A stretch of 64,000 bases of DNA, from the NCBI GenBank assembly GCA_012295275.1, contig CM022672.1, positions 35,526,001 to 35,590,000 of the forward strand, in the 5' to 3' direction. This document shows positions 32,661 through 46,902 of the stretch, in pieces (positions within the stretch are counted from its first letter, which is position 1; each line of letters starts with the position of its first letter). The translations under genes and the position numbers were made by a program. The DNA is from Chrysomallon squamiferum. Lineage: Eukaryota; Animalia; Mollusca. The notes under the pieces are model-generated. The model was not told the origin of the DNA and searched no databases. It worked only from the letters and a program-made list of their open reading frames with translations.

Positions 32661-35600
32661 GTTATAAAATTATAAACTAGTGGATATTAACAGTGAATAG
32701 ATTTCCAACAATTTCCATTAAAAATCAAATTGAGAGACAGCTGTGATTAGATTCACAATAAATTAATTTAGTTTATGTTGATGTGCACACAGATCAATAT
32801 TAACACAAATAACAACTGCAGAGATAAAAATATGAAAATGAATCAAATGAATTTTCTCCTGTTTATTTTCACAACATTTTAAGTAAAATTTATGTCTGAA
32901 CAGAGATTAATCAACAGCTATATATTTATAAACGTGGGATAAAAAATAAAAAATATAATTAAATGAATAAATAAATAAATATATACAGCTGTAGCTAAAC
33001 TCTTTTTGAAATGAGGCAAAAACGTATGTCTTTGAAGTCAGTTATGTCTTTCATCACAACAATGTCTGTAGACTTCTAACAGTAACCGTAGACATAAACA
33101 AATTAATTCAGTGCATATTGTTTCTATTGGAATAGAGATTTGTATTTTATTAAATAAAATATTGGTGTGTATATATAAAACTCTTCAGTTTTGCCACATT
33201 TGCCTCAATGTAGTTATGATATATATAAAAATTGACATTATGCATAGGTTACTCTTTTAATCAGCAAGATCCAAGATGCAGTAACAACAGATCTATGTTA
33301 ACATCTGCTGATAACAGAAAGAAAAAAACTAATTCTCTTACACATAGGTTATTCTTTTTAAGGTATGGCCAAGGTTTATCATTATTTAGCACAAGTTCGT
33401 TTGTCTATGTTAATGGTATATGACAAAACGTTAGTTATTTAACAACACAGGTCTGTTCTGTGAAAACAGATAGGATGCTGTTGTTTGTTACATTACTTAG
33501 GAATGTATTACTGTACAGGAAAATTGTAAGTTACACTTTAATTTGCTGATTTTTCCTGATAATGTTCTAGTTATGAAATACAATATTCAAGACTTTTTTA
33601 GAAAGAAAGAAACTAACTAAATCAAATTATCTACCATATTTATATTTTTTAAGTGTTCAAAACTGTATATTTTAAAAAATCAATAATACTAGCAAAAAGT
33701 GACATTCAATACAAAAAAAAAAAAAAAAAAAAGACACATATATATATAAAAATGATGAATATGACAAGAAATAAAATTTATTTTTGTAAAGTTTATATCA
33801 ACATTAGATGGCACATGTTACAGTTTATGTAGACACATTTTATATTATTAATTCTATTTTCATCTAACATTACTGTATTTTATTATTTTTAATTAACAAC
33901 GAATGTTTAAAGTACGATCATGTTATAATTTCAATAAAATAATATTAATAATAAAATAAAAAATAAAAATGATTATAACATTATTAAAATTACTGAATAC
34001 AAAATGATTTTTTTTTACTTTAAAGCTCACACACACACACACACTAAGTCTGTATATTAGATATCAGATTAATGCATAACATACATTACAATTTGCATAT
34101 TTTATTTTAATGAAATATTTTGTATAAAAAGGTAGAATAAACTCAGATATGTAATTTTTTTTTTTCTCAACAAAGACAGAAAGAAGATTTATGTATAGTG
34201 GATTTTGTACAAGTAAAATATTGTATAATGAAGATTTATGTATAGTGGATTTTGTACAAATAAAATATTGTATAATGAAGATTTATGTAATTTTGTACAA
34301 ATAAAATATTGTATAATGAAGATTTATGTATAGTGGATTTTGTACAAATAAAATATTGTATAATGAAGATTTATGTATAGTGGATTTTGTACAAATAAAA
34401 TATTGTATAATGAAGATTTATGAATAGTGGATTTTGTACAAATAAAATATTGTATAATGAAGATTTATGTATAGTGGATTTTGTACAAATAAAATATTGT
34501 ATAATGAAGATTTATGTATAGTGGATTTTGTACAAATAAAATATTGTATAATGAAGATTTATGTATAGTGGATTTTGTACAAATAAAATATTGTATAATG
34601 AAGATTTATGTATAGTGGATTTTGTACAAATAAAATATTGTATACAAACTAAATGTTGGCATCACAAATAATCATTAATGGAAATAAAAACTTTAATATA
34701 TATATTTTTTTTAAACAAAATTAACTAACAAATACTAATATCTTTCAGTGATGAATAAGAAAAATTCACATCTCCATTTTGCTGTCATGACATTCTTAAA
34801 ACTTACTAAACAAAACAGAAAAGTATTTTGACATCTGTTTAATATATAAAATAGCTTTATGGTCAGTGACACATAATTTTTTTCTCAACAAATCATTACT
34901 GAAATGCTGTAAATGAAGAAAATTAACTGCTTAAAATCTGACAAAAGAACTGGAATCTGTACAAACAGAATTAATTTCAGTGATTTCTAGTAAAATAAAC
35001 TAAGAATAAATGAAGTTACGTCATTTAATACTTTATTGATGTTGTGAAAAGGTTTACTGAGCTGTGTGTGATGTGAAACAGAGAGAAGTGTATGAAAGAG
35101 GTGGAGATTTTCTGAAGTGTTTAATCTCTCTCACTGGGCTGCTTCCATCACTACCAGAGCTTCGTTACACTCAAAACAACTGGAATGTGCTGTCTTGACA
35201 ACATGAATTCTGTCAGCTGAATGTCGACAGCTCATGATTAAAAAAGTTCTCTGTCTAATTGGACATCTTATTTATTTAAATAAATAAACAGTCTAATTGG
35301 ACATCTTATTTATTTAAATAAATAAACAGTCTAATTGGACATCTTATTTGTTTAAATAAATAAATAAATAATATACAATTTTTAAAATAAATAATTTTTA
35401 TTACTTTTTGAGATTTTTATTGTAATAAACAAAATAAAATAATAATCAATTAGTAAAAAAATATTTTGTATTTGTTTTTTTCTAAACCAAGTCTTAAATG
35501 AAACATAAACAACAGCTTGTTCAGCGACACAACAAACTGAAGAAATATTTAGTAACATAAAACTTTTATTACAACTCATCTCAGTAGCAAAGTATCACAA

Positions 35601-37037
35601 AGACAATAAAAAAATAAAAATATTATCACTCTCTACAATGAGCAATTGTTTTCCAGCTGCAAACAAGCTATTATAAACACCTTCTCATACACAGGAAAGA
35701 ACAAATGAACAAAACCTTGCAGAGCTCTGGCAGGTAAGGAAACAGACTATTTCACAGAAACACTAAGAAGAAGAAGAAGAAGAATGAAGAGATTTGATAT
35801 TTTTTATTAGCTGGTTTTTGTACCTGCACTGTTTAACTCTGTGGTATAGCTGGGGTTTTCAACATTCTCGCCTGTTACTGTGGCCGTTTCTTTAGTAATT
35901 TCCACCTCAATAATTTCTTCTTTCACAGGTTCTGAACATGCAAATTACAGGTTTTATAAAAAACTAAATATTGTCAGTTAATACAAAAATAATATTTTTA
36001 TATATAAAAATTACAGAATTGTTTCTGTAGGAAAAAAAAAAAAAATTAACTGAAAAAAGAATAAAGAAAATAAATTTAAAAATAATAATAATAAAATTAA
36101 ATTCCAAAATAGAGCAAAACCATAATAAGCCTCAGTTGTATATCATCATAACAGATGTTTCTAAAAAGAACTGGAACTAAATAACTAAATATTAATGTTT
36201 CTAGTAAAAAGCATTTTATATGCAGAAGCATATGTAAGATATTTTTTAACACTAACTTCAACAATATTAATTAAACAATAAAAAGGCAGAAAATAGAAGT
36301 CCTATTGAACAACTAATAAAAAACTGAATTTATTGTTGTTGACACGTGACAAAAATCAATAAACATATGTTTTAAAAACTGTGTCATCAGTTAAAAGAAA
36401 AAAATCTTTTTCTCTTTTAATCAATACATTATTATGAATATTATGATTATTTTTATAGTTTGGTTTTGTTGTATTTTTTGTGTGGGTTTTGGAGGGTTTA
36501 TAACTGAAATTTGTTGCTTTTATAATGATATTAATATTAATTTCAAACTGTACTGTTAACTGAATACAGTCTTAACTAAACAAGATTTTAAAATATCAGT
36601 GATTAATAAGAAGCAACCTTAGAAATGGTTGTCAAAACAGAATGTATTTTTTAAGCAGATAAATTACATTTTTTATTTAACTGTTGTTTTAGAACTAATA
36701 ATTAATAGGAAAAACTGTAAATGTTTTTTTTTTCAGTTTAATCTCTTGTGTAACAAATATGCATAATTATAATATTCTGTTACAGGTTCAAGTCACTGAA
36801 CAAACTAAGACTGCTACTTTTAAATAAAAATGAAGGGAAGATAAAAAGAAGAATTAATAATTTTTAAAAAGCAATTATAAAAAGATTTTAAAAAAAAGCC
36901 AGAAGATTTCAGTGTAACATTGTAAAATACAAAGAACACATCAGCTTCAGGTTTATGAAGCCATAAAAAAACCTCTAAAAATTATTTAAAAAACAACATG
37001 AATATTAATAAAAACAAAAAGTAAGTGTAAAATTCTA

Positions 37038-37109
<72 letters not shown>

Positions 37110-40100
37110 AAATAAAAAGAGATGAATACATTTATTTCTTACTACAAAGTGTATAATATATCACAATGATTACATTTACAAACAGTAACAGATATTATTA
37201 TTTGTTACAGGTGTGTACAACAATACTTTAACGTGATAATTACTCTAATAGGAATATTAAATGAATTACAAAATTTGTTTACAAAAAGCAATGTTTATAT
37301 ATATAAAAAGTTATATGTAAAATAAAAACATCAGTAAATCCCTAGCATATAAGTTTTGAAATTACTTTTCTTCCATTGTTATATAAGCAATAACTATAGT
37401 TAAAATTACAATGTTATATGCATAGCAAAAAATTTTAAAAGTATGTAATTTATGAGTAAAACACCATATGGCAGAGAATAAAAAAAAATCATATTAAATA
37501 AGTTAGAATACTTGCACTGGGCACATACAGTATCTTTTACTTTTCTTGATACTAGATTATACTGAATATATTTTGAACAACTTATTCCGTTAAAATACAG
37601 TCGTTCAGTGGTTTTTAAAACAGATTACTGACTTGGTTTGAAGAAAGATAAATATCTGCAGCACTGATTATACAGTTAAGTGTAACATAGCTGAGAATCT
37701 GTTTTGCTACAAAGGTGTCACCTTCATGAAACCAATATCAGAAACTATTTTACTTAAGATGTTAAATTAGCTTTTTAAAAGAAAAAGTGAAAATAGTTCA
37801 TAAAATCTTTGTGTATGTTTAAAATAAAACAAAAAAAACAATAATTATATTCTTCATATAAAATAATTCAGAATTTGAAATAAATAGTATAAAAGGCATA
37901 TTCTATCTTAAATTATGAATCAAACTTATATGCATTTTACTGACATAACCATATTTTATCTTCTAAAAATATATGACTTCATTACAATTTGATCAAAAAT
38001 GTAACTTCACAACCTTGGAGAATTATTTCACTGATTTCTCTTTATCATTTACGACGAATTTGAATTAGTTTAACATGGATTAAATCTTTATAGTACATTT
38101 ACACTTTGTTAGGTTCATTTTTAGCACGTTTATGGTGACTCAATCTTTGTAGTTAATTTACATTTCATCTGTTCTGCCAATATCAGTACAGACGCGCCCA
38201 GAACATATATTTTTAAAATAGTTTCTTCTATCTTTTTGTGCTTAAAATATCTTATGTCTCAAATTAATATTTCTATTAATCTAACATAACATATGAGATA
38301 AAAACTGAGTTAAGAAATGACATTATTTAATGATATAGCAGTGCAAAAGTGGTACTGAACAGATCGATATCCGTGTTGGAGAATTTAGTTTATCATCAAC
38401 TGAGTTATTAGCCAGAAGAAGCATCAAATTAATGGAAAACAAGCTAAGCTGTTATTAGTTACTTCTAGATAGAGTAAAAATATAAATAAAGGTTCAGTAC
38501 TAAGTTATTTATTATCAGTTTGTCTGAGACATCTACATCTAATTTTAAAAATATAGTAACAGACGAAAATACAATTTTTTTTATAATAATTATATATATA
38601 TATATAAAAAACTGAGTTTTTATTCAAAATGACTTTAGAGGAAACTAAATATATTTAGCATAATACAAGCTTGTTATAATTAATTTTTATTATTAACAAA
38701 GCTTCAAAGTCATCAAGAAATCAATAGAATTTAGGAAAAATATCACAAATGTATTCATGGATTTAATCTTTACACTAAATTTATACATGACTATTTTCAG
38801 AAAATATATGGTGACTCAGTTTTTATAGTTCTTTATACTTAATTTAGTTAAAGATTTCAATAATAATAAAAATAATAATGATAATAATAATAATGACACT
38901 AATAATGACAATAATAACATAATATTATATCTAATATTTCCTTGTTTGTATAATTCTACCTGATTCACAATTTCTCTTCACACTTTGTTAAAACAATGTT
39001 CACTGTTTCCCCTCTCACACTGAGTTTAGAAGGAAATTAAATGTTTTGGAGTAAAAAAATCACAAATATTTGTTTAAATATGTTAAAAATTCCATCTACA
39101 CTATCTTTTGAAACAAGGAAATTAAAATTTTAAATATCTGTGAAATACAGCTAAAAAAATTAAATAAAAAGCAATAAACATGGTTTTTCATGTAATAACA
39201 TTATTAAAATGAAAACTTGTTTTCATTGTAGTCTTAAAGTTTCTACTGTTGATACACAATTAAAAACAATAAAAATAGAGGTTTTAAAAGTTATTATTAT
39301 TATTATTATTTGGTTTTGTTGTTTTGTTGTTGTTTTTTTAACTTTAATAATACCTATGTGTAACTTCAGAGATTACATAGATAATATTTATCATTTATCA
39401 ATAGATATCAATAAATTTAAAAGATTGTATTTCTCAATTAACAGCATAGTCGATATTATTAATTATCTCCAAAATCTAAAGTTATCATTGAACTGCAGAG
39501 TCAGAATTTATCAATTAATTTAAAACTTGTAATTATCAGTAAAGTCCTTCTATTCATCATTATCAAAAAGAATAATGCTATACAACAACCAATAACTCCA
39601 TTTAAACACAAATTCAACGGAATATATCATTTAGAAATACTGTTTCATCATAATATTATCTAGATAACAGTTATAAGACATTTTGTTAATAAAAATATAG
39701 TTGACAAACCACGTCTACACTTCAAAATGGTTTCTGTCTCTCTCTGTTTCCAAAACAGAATTAAACTTAAACATTGTATTTTCTTTCTGAGATAATCATA
39801 AAACAACACTTTTCACAAGATGAAGAGAAAACAGTACTGAAATTAGTTTGTAATAAGATTTCAATCTCTGAATTAGTTCCCATTTATTTTTCACTTGCCA
39901 TTAATTATTCATGCATGTGAGTTTGTGTATATATCAGAGAGAGAGAGAGGTTAAATTTAAAAATTAATTTACTTACCAATGTGAGGACCCATGACCTGCA
40001 AAATAAACAATAAAACATTAAACATAAACAAAGAAACAGAAAGTAAACAGGTATTTTGAATCTAAAATATGATATTAAATTTTTTTAAAAATCAAATATA

Positions 40101-41143
40101 ATTTTAAAAAATAAATATAAATAAAAAAAAATTAAAATCCCTCACATCTGAAAGAAAACAAACTATTACATTTTAGACCTTGCACTTCTTAGTCTAGGAA
40201 CATTAAGCTTTTACAATAAAAAAAAAAAAAATTAAAAATATACTAGTACTACTGCTATTACTACTATTACTGATAATAATAATAAAATTAAATTAAATTT
40301 TAAAAATGTCATCTGGAACAATATACTCAAACAAATATTTATTAATTTTAGCAAACAAATTATATATTGCTCTCAGTAAAACCCTGATGTAATGTAAATT
40401 ATGACATGTTTTTTATAACATTTTGTTTGAATACTGAACAAACAGGATTAAATTAGGAAAGTTAATACCTAAAAGTATAGCAATAAGAATAAAATAAAGA
40501 CAAAAACTTACATTAAATGACTTAGACTTAGTTTTAGAAACCAGACAGTTTTCAGAAACAAGATATTGGTGTTTGCCTTACTAGTAAGTAATATGACACT
40601 TACAAAGGTCGAAAGTATACGCAAAGCACGCGCACGTATATGTGTATTTATAGTATGTTACAAAAATAACTACAACTAAAAACGCCTGGTATTATTGTTG
40701 CTATGTCCTGCATCCCACAGAGCTATCGTTAGTGTCTGAACTTTATTTATCTCACTTTACCTTTTTCCCTTTCTTTGAGAAACAACTTCCCATTTTCTTC
40801 AATCCTTCAGTTTCTAACAAAACTCGCATAAAACTGTTTCTGAGTCAAGGCTATCACTATGGTAACGGAATTAACTTGTGATGGCACCCAAACTCTGGAG
40901 GTTGGAAGATGTCTGTTTATTAAGTGATAATTTACGTTTTTAAAACAACGCCAGTGAAAGTCGACTTCCTGTTAACTTTGCTTGAAAACGTTAAAACAAT
41001 GTTTTACAGTTTTAGTCTCAACTTGAATTTTTATAGTTATTATTATAGTAGTTATTATTATAGTTGCTGGTTGTAGCAGTAGCTGTTGTGAAAGAGGTAC
41101 TGGTGGTAGTAGTAGCTGTTGCTTCTTTTCTTCCTTCCTTCCT

Positions 41144-41186
<43 letters not shown>

Positions 41187-41341
41187 TTATTATTATAGTT
41201 ATTATTATTATTACAATTATTTTAATTTTAATTTTAATTTTAATTTTTTGTCTGTATTATTTTCTTTTCTCACAACCATGTAAATAAATGTTCTGAATGT
41301 TCTCTCGGTATGTGTTTGTCATTGTGTACGTATATGTATTA

Positions 41342-41373
<32 letters not shown>

Positions 41374-41731
41374 TGAAAAATGACTTCTCAAAACACTGAC
41401 GTTATGATAAAATATAGAAATAAAAAATATTACATCACAGTTAATATTTATATTTAAAAGTGAACTATACAGAGTTTTGTGTGCTGTTAACATTGATTTC
41501 AAAGACTAGTAAAGCAGATCTGCAGTAAGAGATATGACAGACTGACAGACAAGTACTAACAATATGAGAAATAAATGACTCACCTGTTTTTTGCCGTACA
41601 ACGCGAAATCCAGGGTGTTGGCGATGTCATAAAACACTTCTGACTCGTCCCGGTCCCCGGCAATCTGAACAAACAAACAAATAAACAAATAAACAAACAA
41701 ATAAATAAATAAATAAATAAATAAATACAAA

Positions 41732-41762
<31 letters not shown>

Positions 41763-41814
41763 ATACAAATAAATAAATAAATAAACAAATAAATAAATAA
41801 ATAATAAATACAAA

Positions 41815-41857
<43 letters not shown>

Positions 41858-42293
41858 ACAAATAAATAAACAAATAAACAAATAAATATAAATAAATAAT
41901 AAATAAATATAAATAAATAAAAATAAATAAATAAATAATAAATAAATAAACAAATATAAATAAATAGATAAATAAATAAATAAATAAATAAAATAAATAA
42001 ATAGATAAATAATTAAATTAATTAGCAAATAAATAAATTAATTAATTAATTAACTAATAATAAATAAAAAACAATAAAAAAAAACAACTAATTATTTTAT
42101 TAATATTGTTTCTTTTTAAAAAGGCCTGTATTAATAAAATATTGTCATAAGAAGATTCTTTTTTCCCCTGTAAGCACAGTTAAAAAATATCAGCAAAAAG
42201 ACAAGAAACAAAACATAATTAATTACTCTACAGGTAAGAGAAAGGAAATCAAATGGCTACTTGTTTTTTTTGTAGCTTTTATGTGCATGAATT

Positions 42294-42389
<96 letters not shown>

Positions 42390-45300
42390 AAAAATTAATT
42401 AACAAACTGGTAATAAAATGATGTAACTAAAACAACACCGACCACAACAAGCTGTCCGTTGTCGTCGTAGTGTTTGAGAACAGGAAGGGTGTGGTCGCGG
42501 AAGAAGTTGAGTCGTTTCTGGATGGCGTTGTCGTTGTCGTCAATCCTGTCACTGAGAGCGCGCCGGTCTGTGAGCCGCTGCTTCAAGTAAAACTCGTCAC
42601 AGTCGAGCAGGATGACGAAACTCAGTCCTCCGATCTACAACAATCAGTAACACACTATCACAACTCAGTCCTCCGATCTACAACAATCAGTAACACACTA
42701 TCACAACTCAGTCCTCCGATCTACAACAATCAGTAACACACTATCACAACTCAGTCCTCCGATTTACAACAATCAGTAACACGCTATCACAACTCAGTCC
42801 TCCGATCTACAACAATCAGTAACACGCTATCACAACTCAGTCCTTCGATCTACAACAATCAGTAACACGCTATCACAACTCAGTCCTCCGATCTACAACA
42901 ATCAGCAACACGCTATCACAACTCAGTCCTCCGATCTACAACAATCAGCAACACGCTATCACAACTCAGTCCTCCGATCTACAACAATCAGCAACACGCT
43001 ATCACAACTCAGTCCTCCGATCTACAACAATCAGCAACACGCTATCACAACTCAGTCCTCCGATCTACAACAATCAGCAACACGCTATCACAACTCAGTC
43101 CTCCGATCTACAACAATCAGCAACACGCTATCACAACTCAGTCCTCCGATCTACAACAATCAGCAACACGCTATCACAACTCAGTCCTCCGATCTACAAC
43201 AATCAGCAACACGCTATCACAACTCAGTCCTCCGATCTACAACAATCAGCAACACGCTATCACAACTCAGTCCTCCGATCTACAACAATCAGCAACACAC
43301 TATCACAACTCAGTCCTCCGATCTACAACAATCAGCAACACGCTATCACAACTCAGTCCTCCGATCTACAACAATCAGGAACACACTATCACAACTCAGT
43401 CCTCCAATCTACAACAATCAGTAACGCTATCACAACTCAGTCCTCCGATCTACAACAATCAGTAACACACTATCACAACTCAGTCCTCCGATCTACAACA
43501 ATCAGTAACACACTATCACAACTCAGTCCTCCAATCTCTAGTAACAGTTGTACAACATAACAGATTATTCAAATACAGTTACAAAAATTCATTACACAAA
43601 CAATTATTATGCATGCTACATCTAATACAGTATTCAAATAAATAAAACAAATCTACAGTAATCTTAATATCAGTATTTCATCCTAACATGTTATTCAAAC
43701 ATAGTATTATACAGTCTCTGCAGTAACAAATATTTTCAGTATTACTACATCCTATTTGATTACTAAAACACAGAAAACAAACCTACAGTAACAAAGACTA
43801 TAAGTATTACAACCAAATAGACTATTCAAAAACATTAAAACAATAGCATTCTTGGATATTGCACAATCATCTACATGAAAAACAGTAGAAATAAATTTTA
43901 TCCCTTTTGTGTTTTCATCAGAATTTACTATTGTTGCCGTACTTTATTTCCTATACTGTACATTAACATCACAATTCTACAGAACAAAGTGAAGAGAATA
44001 CTGTGTGAATAAACTAATTACAGCTATTTACTCATCACTGAATCTCAGTTAAGAACACTTAGAACGTTTGTTCACAGAGTATGTCATATAAAACTTATTG
44101 TATGTACTGTCACAGACTGTGTCATATAAAACTTATTATATATACTATCACAGACTGTATCATATAAAACTTACTGTATGCTATATCACAGAGCTTGTTA
44201 TATAAAACTTACTGTATGCTCTATCACAGAGTTTGTGATATAAAACTTACTGTATGCTCTATCACAGAGTTTGTGATATAAAACTTACTGTATGCTCTAT
44301 CACAGTGTTTGTGATATAAAACTTACTGTATGCTCTATCACAGAGTGTGTGATATAAAACTTACTGTATGCTCTATCACAGAGTTTGTGATATAAAACTC
44401 ACTGTATACTCTAACACAGAGTTTGTGATATAAAACTTACGGTATGCTCTATCACAGAGTGTGTGATATAAAACTTACTGTATGCTCTATCACAGAGTTT
44501 GTGATATAAAACTTACTGTATGCTCTATCACAGTGTTTGTGATATAAAACTTACTGTATGCTCTATCACAGAGTGTGTGATATAAAACTTACGTGTTTGT
44601 TAAACTCCTGCACCTGAGTTGCGTCTCTGGGGTAACCTTCGATGATAAAAGCTTTGGCGTCAGGATTGTTTCTGATGTTCTCTTCCAGCAGTTCCACAGT
44701 AACATCCTGTTTGAAAACAAATAATACTTTTAATATCACAGCATCTATCTATCTATCTATCTATCTATCTGTCTGTCTGTCTATCTATCTATCTGTCTAT
44801 CTATCTACCTATCTATCTGTCTATCTATCTATCTGCCTATCTATCTATCTATCTATCTGTCTATCTATCTATCTGTCTGTCTGTCTATCTATCTATATAT
44901 CTATATATCTATCTGTCTGTCTATCTGTCTATCTGTCTATCTATCTGTCTATCTGTCTATCTATCTATCTACCTGTCTAGCTATCTATCTGTCTATCTAT
45001 ATAGAGAAAAAATCTTGATCACAATATTTACTAGTCACTTTCTTCTGTTACAAGTTAGTTTTAAGGGAGAAAAATGTTTTAAACGTAAGTTGTGTTTGTA
45101 AGTGGGTTTTTGCCAGTAAATTCTGGTGATAAAATCAATATACAGCTAAAAAAAATTGCTAGAGTTACTTATTATCAACATTACAAGTCATTTATGTTTT
45201 TTAAAACATTCATTTGATGTCAGTAAGAAATTTTATATTTCACATATAACCTTCAAACACACACACAAATACATAAACACACACACACACACAAAAATAC

Positions 45301-46768
45301 ATACACACACAGAGTTAAACATACCCTCACAATGTTTCATAAACAAACATATACACACAATCAAACACAGACACACACATTATGCACAAACCAATACATG
45401 TGTCTGAACACAAAACATCAAATTAGAGACTTGCAATGTCAAAGAAGTGTTAAGTACCACTAGAAAAAACATGAATGAGTATTTTTTTTTAAATTAGAAA
45501 AAAGGTCACAGAAACGAAAATGAGCTATTGTGCAATATATTTACACAATTCACCTCAGCTAAAAGTACAACATGGCCTCTGCTACAGTTTCAGTGCAATA
45601 GTCTCACTGGCAATCGATTAAAAGCTTAAACAGTCAGTAACACAGACTGGCTTTACTGGCCATTTGCCAACCCAGTGTGTGTTTAATATTACTTACCAGC
45701 AGATCAGGAAGAGAGATAAGTTTATCTCTGGCAGCAGTTTGATAATGTGAAATAAATTACTGCTGCTGTAAATTGAATCTACGTTAAATAGTGATGTTTT
45801 TATTTAGTTTTAATTTAATTGTACTTTATTAGTGCAGTTAATGCTATTACTGAGCTTTGCAAATATTCTTGACTTTCACAATTTTACTAACTACCTTGCT
45901 TGCACACCAAACCAGTCAGAAAAATAAATATGGCTCTATTTTTCAATAACAATTCAGTTTCTGTATTATCATGCCACATTTGCCACATTATTTTAAAGGA
46001 AAGTAATTGTTATGTTCAAGGTTTTTATTTTTATTTGCAACTCATTTAATGTCTAATGACAAAATTGCTTTTCTTAACACTTTAAATTCAGTTGATTCCA
46101 AGGGAGGTAATTCACTGAGAAGAAGACGGCCACATTTTTCTAAGCATTTCCTTCTTTGTTAAACTATTTACACAGTTTTTTATATCACTCTATAAAGTAG
46201 TGATGTCTAGAGCTGTTTTTCTGATAATAACATTTATAAAAGTTTAAAAAAAAAAAAAAAAAAAAATAGCTTGTTTACTGTGTATTCAGGTGGCAACTTT
46301 GACAAGTAAAATATGGTCATTTGTATATAACAGTATCAACTGTAACTAATGTCTTACATCTAAAAATCATCTAATTATTAAAAAAAAGATTATATTTACA
46401 CAAGCACACACACACACACACAGACAAACACACAAATACATGTATCTACAATAAAACGAAAAACTATATTCATTTAAAAAAGCCTCAGAATTATACAAAA
46501 AATGTTCTGGTATCTGTGTATGTGTGTGTGCATGCATCACTGTTTTGTGTGTGTGTGTGTATAGGTGTGTGTGGTGTGTGTATGTATGTATATGTGTGTG
46601 GTATGTGTGTGTGTGTGTGTGGTGTATGTGTGTGTGTGTGTGGGGTGTGGGTGTGGGTGTATGTGTGTGTGTGTATGTATGTGTGTGTGTGTATGTGTGT
46701 GTGTGTGTGTATGTATGTGTATGTGTGTGTATGTATGTGTGTGTATGTGTGTGTGTATGTGTGTGTGT

Positions 46769-46841
<73 letters not shown>

Positions 46842-46865
46842 TGTGTGTGTGTATGTAAGTGTGTG

Positions 46866-46902
<37 letters not shown>

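Noticed and set aside
33025-33066. Possible extra linker exon ([14 protein letters not shown]) on the minus strand
   Set aside because: The acceptor is plausible but the donor is weak (gttttt), and the exon is not needed for the frame.
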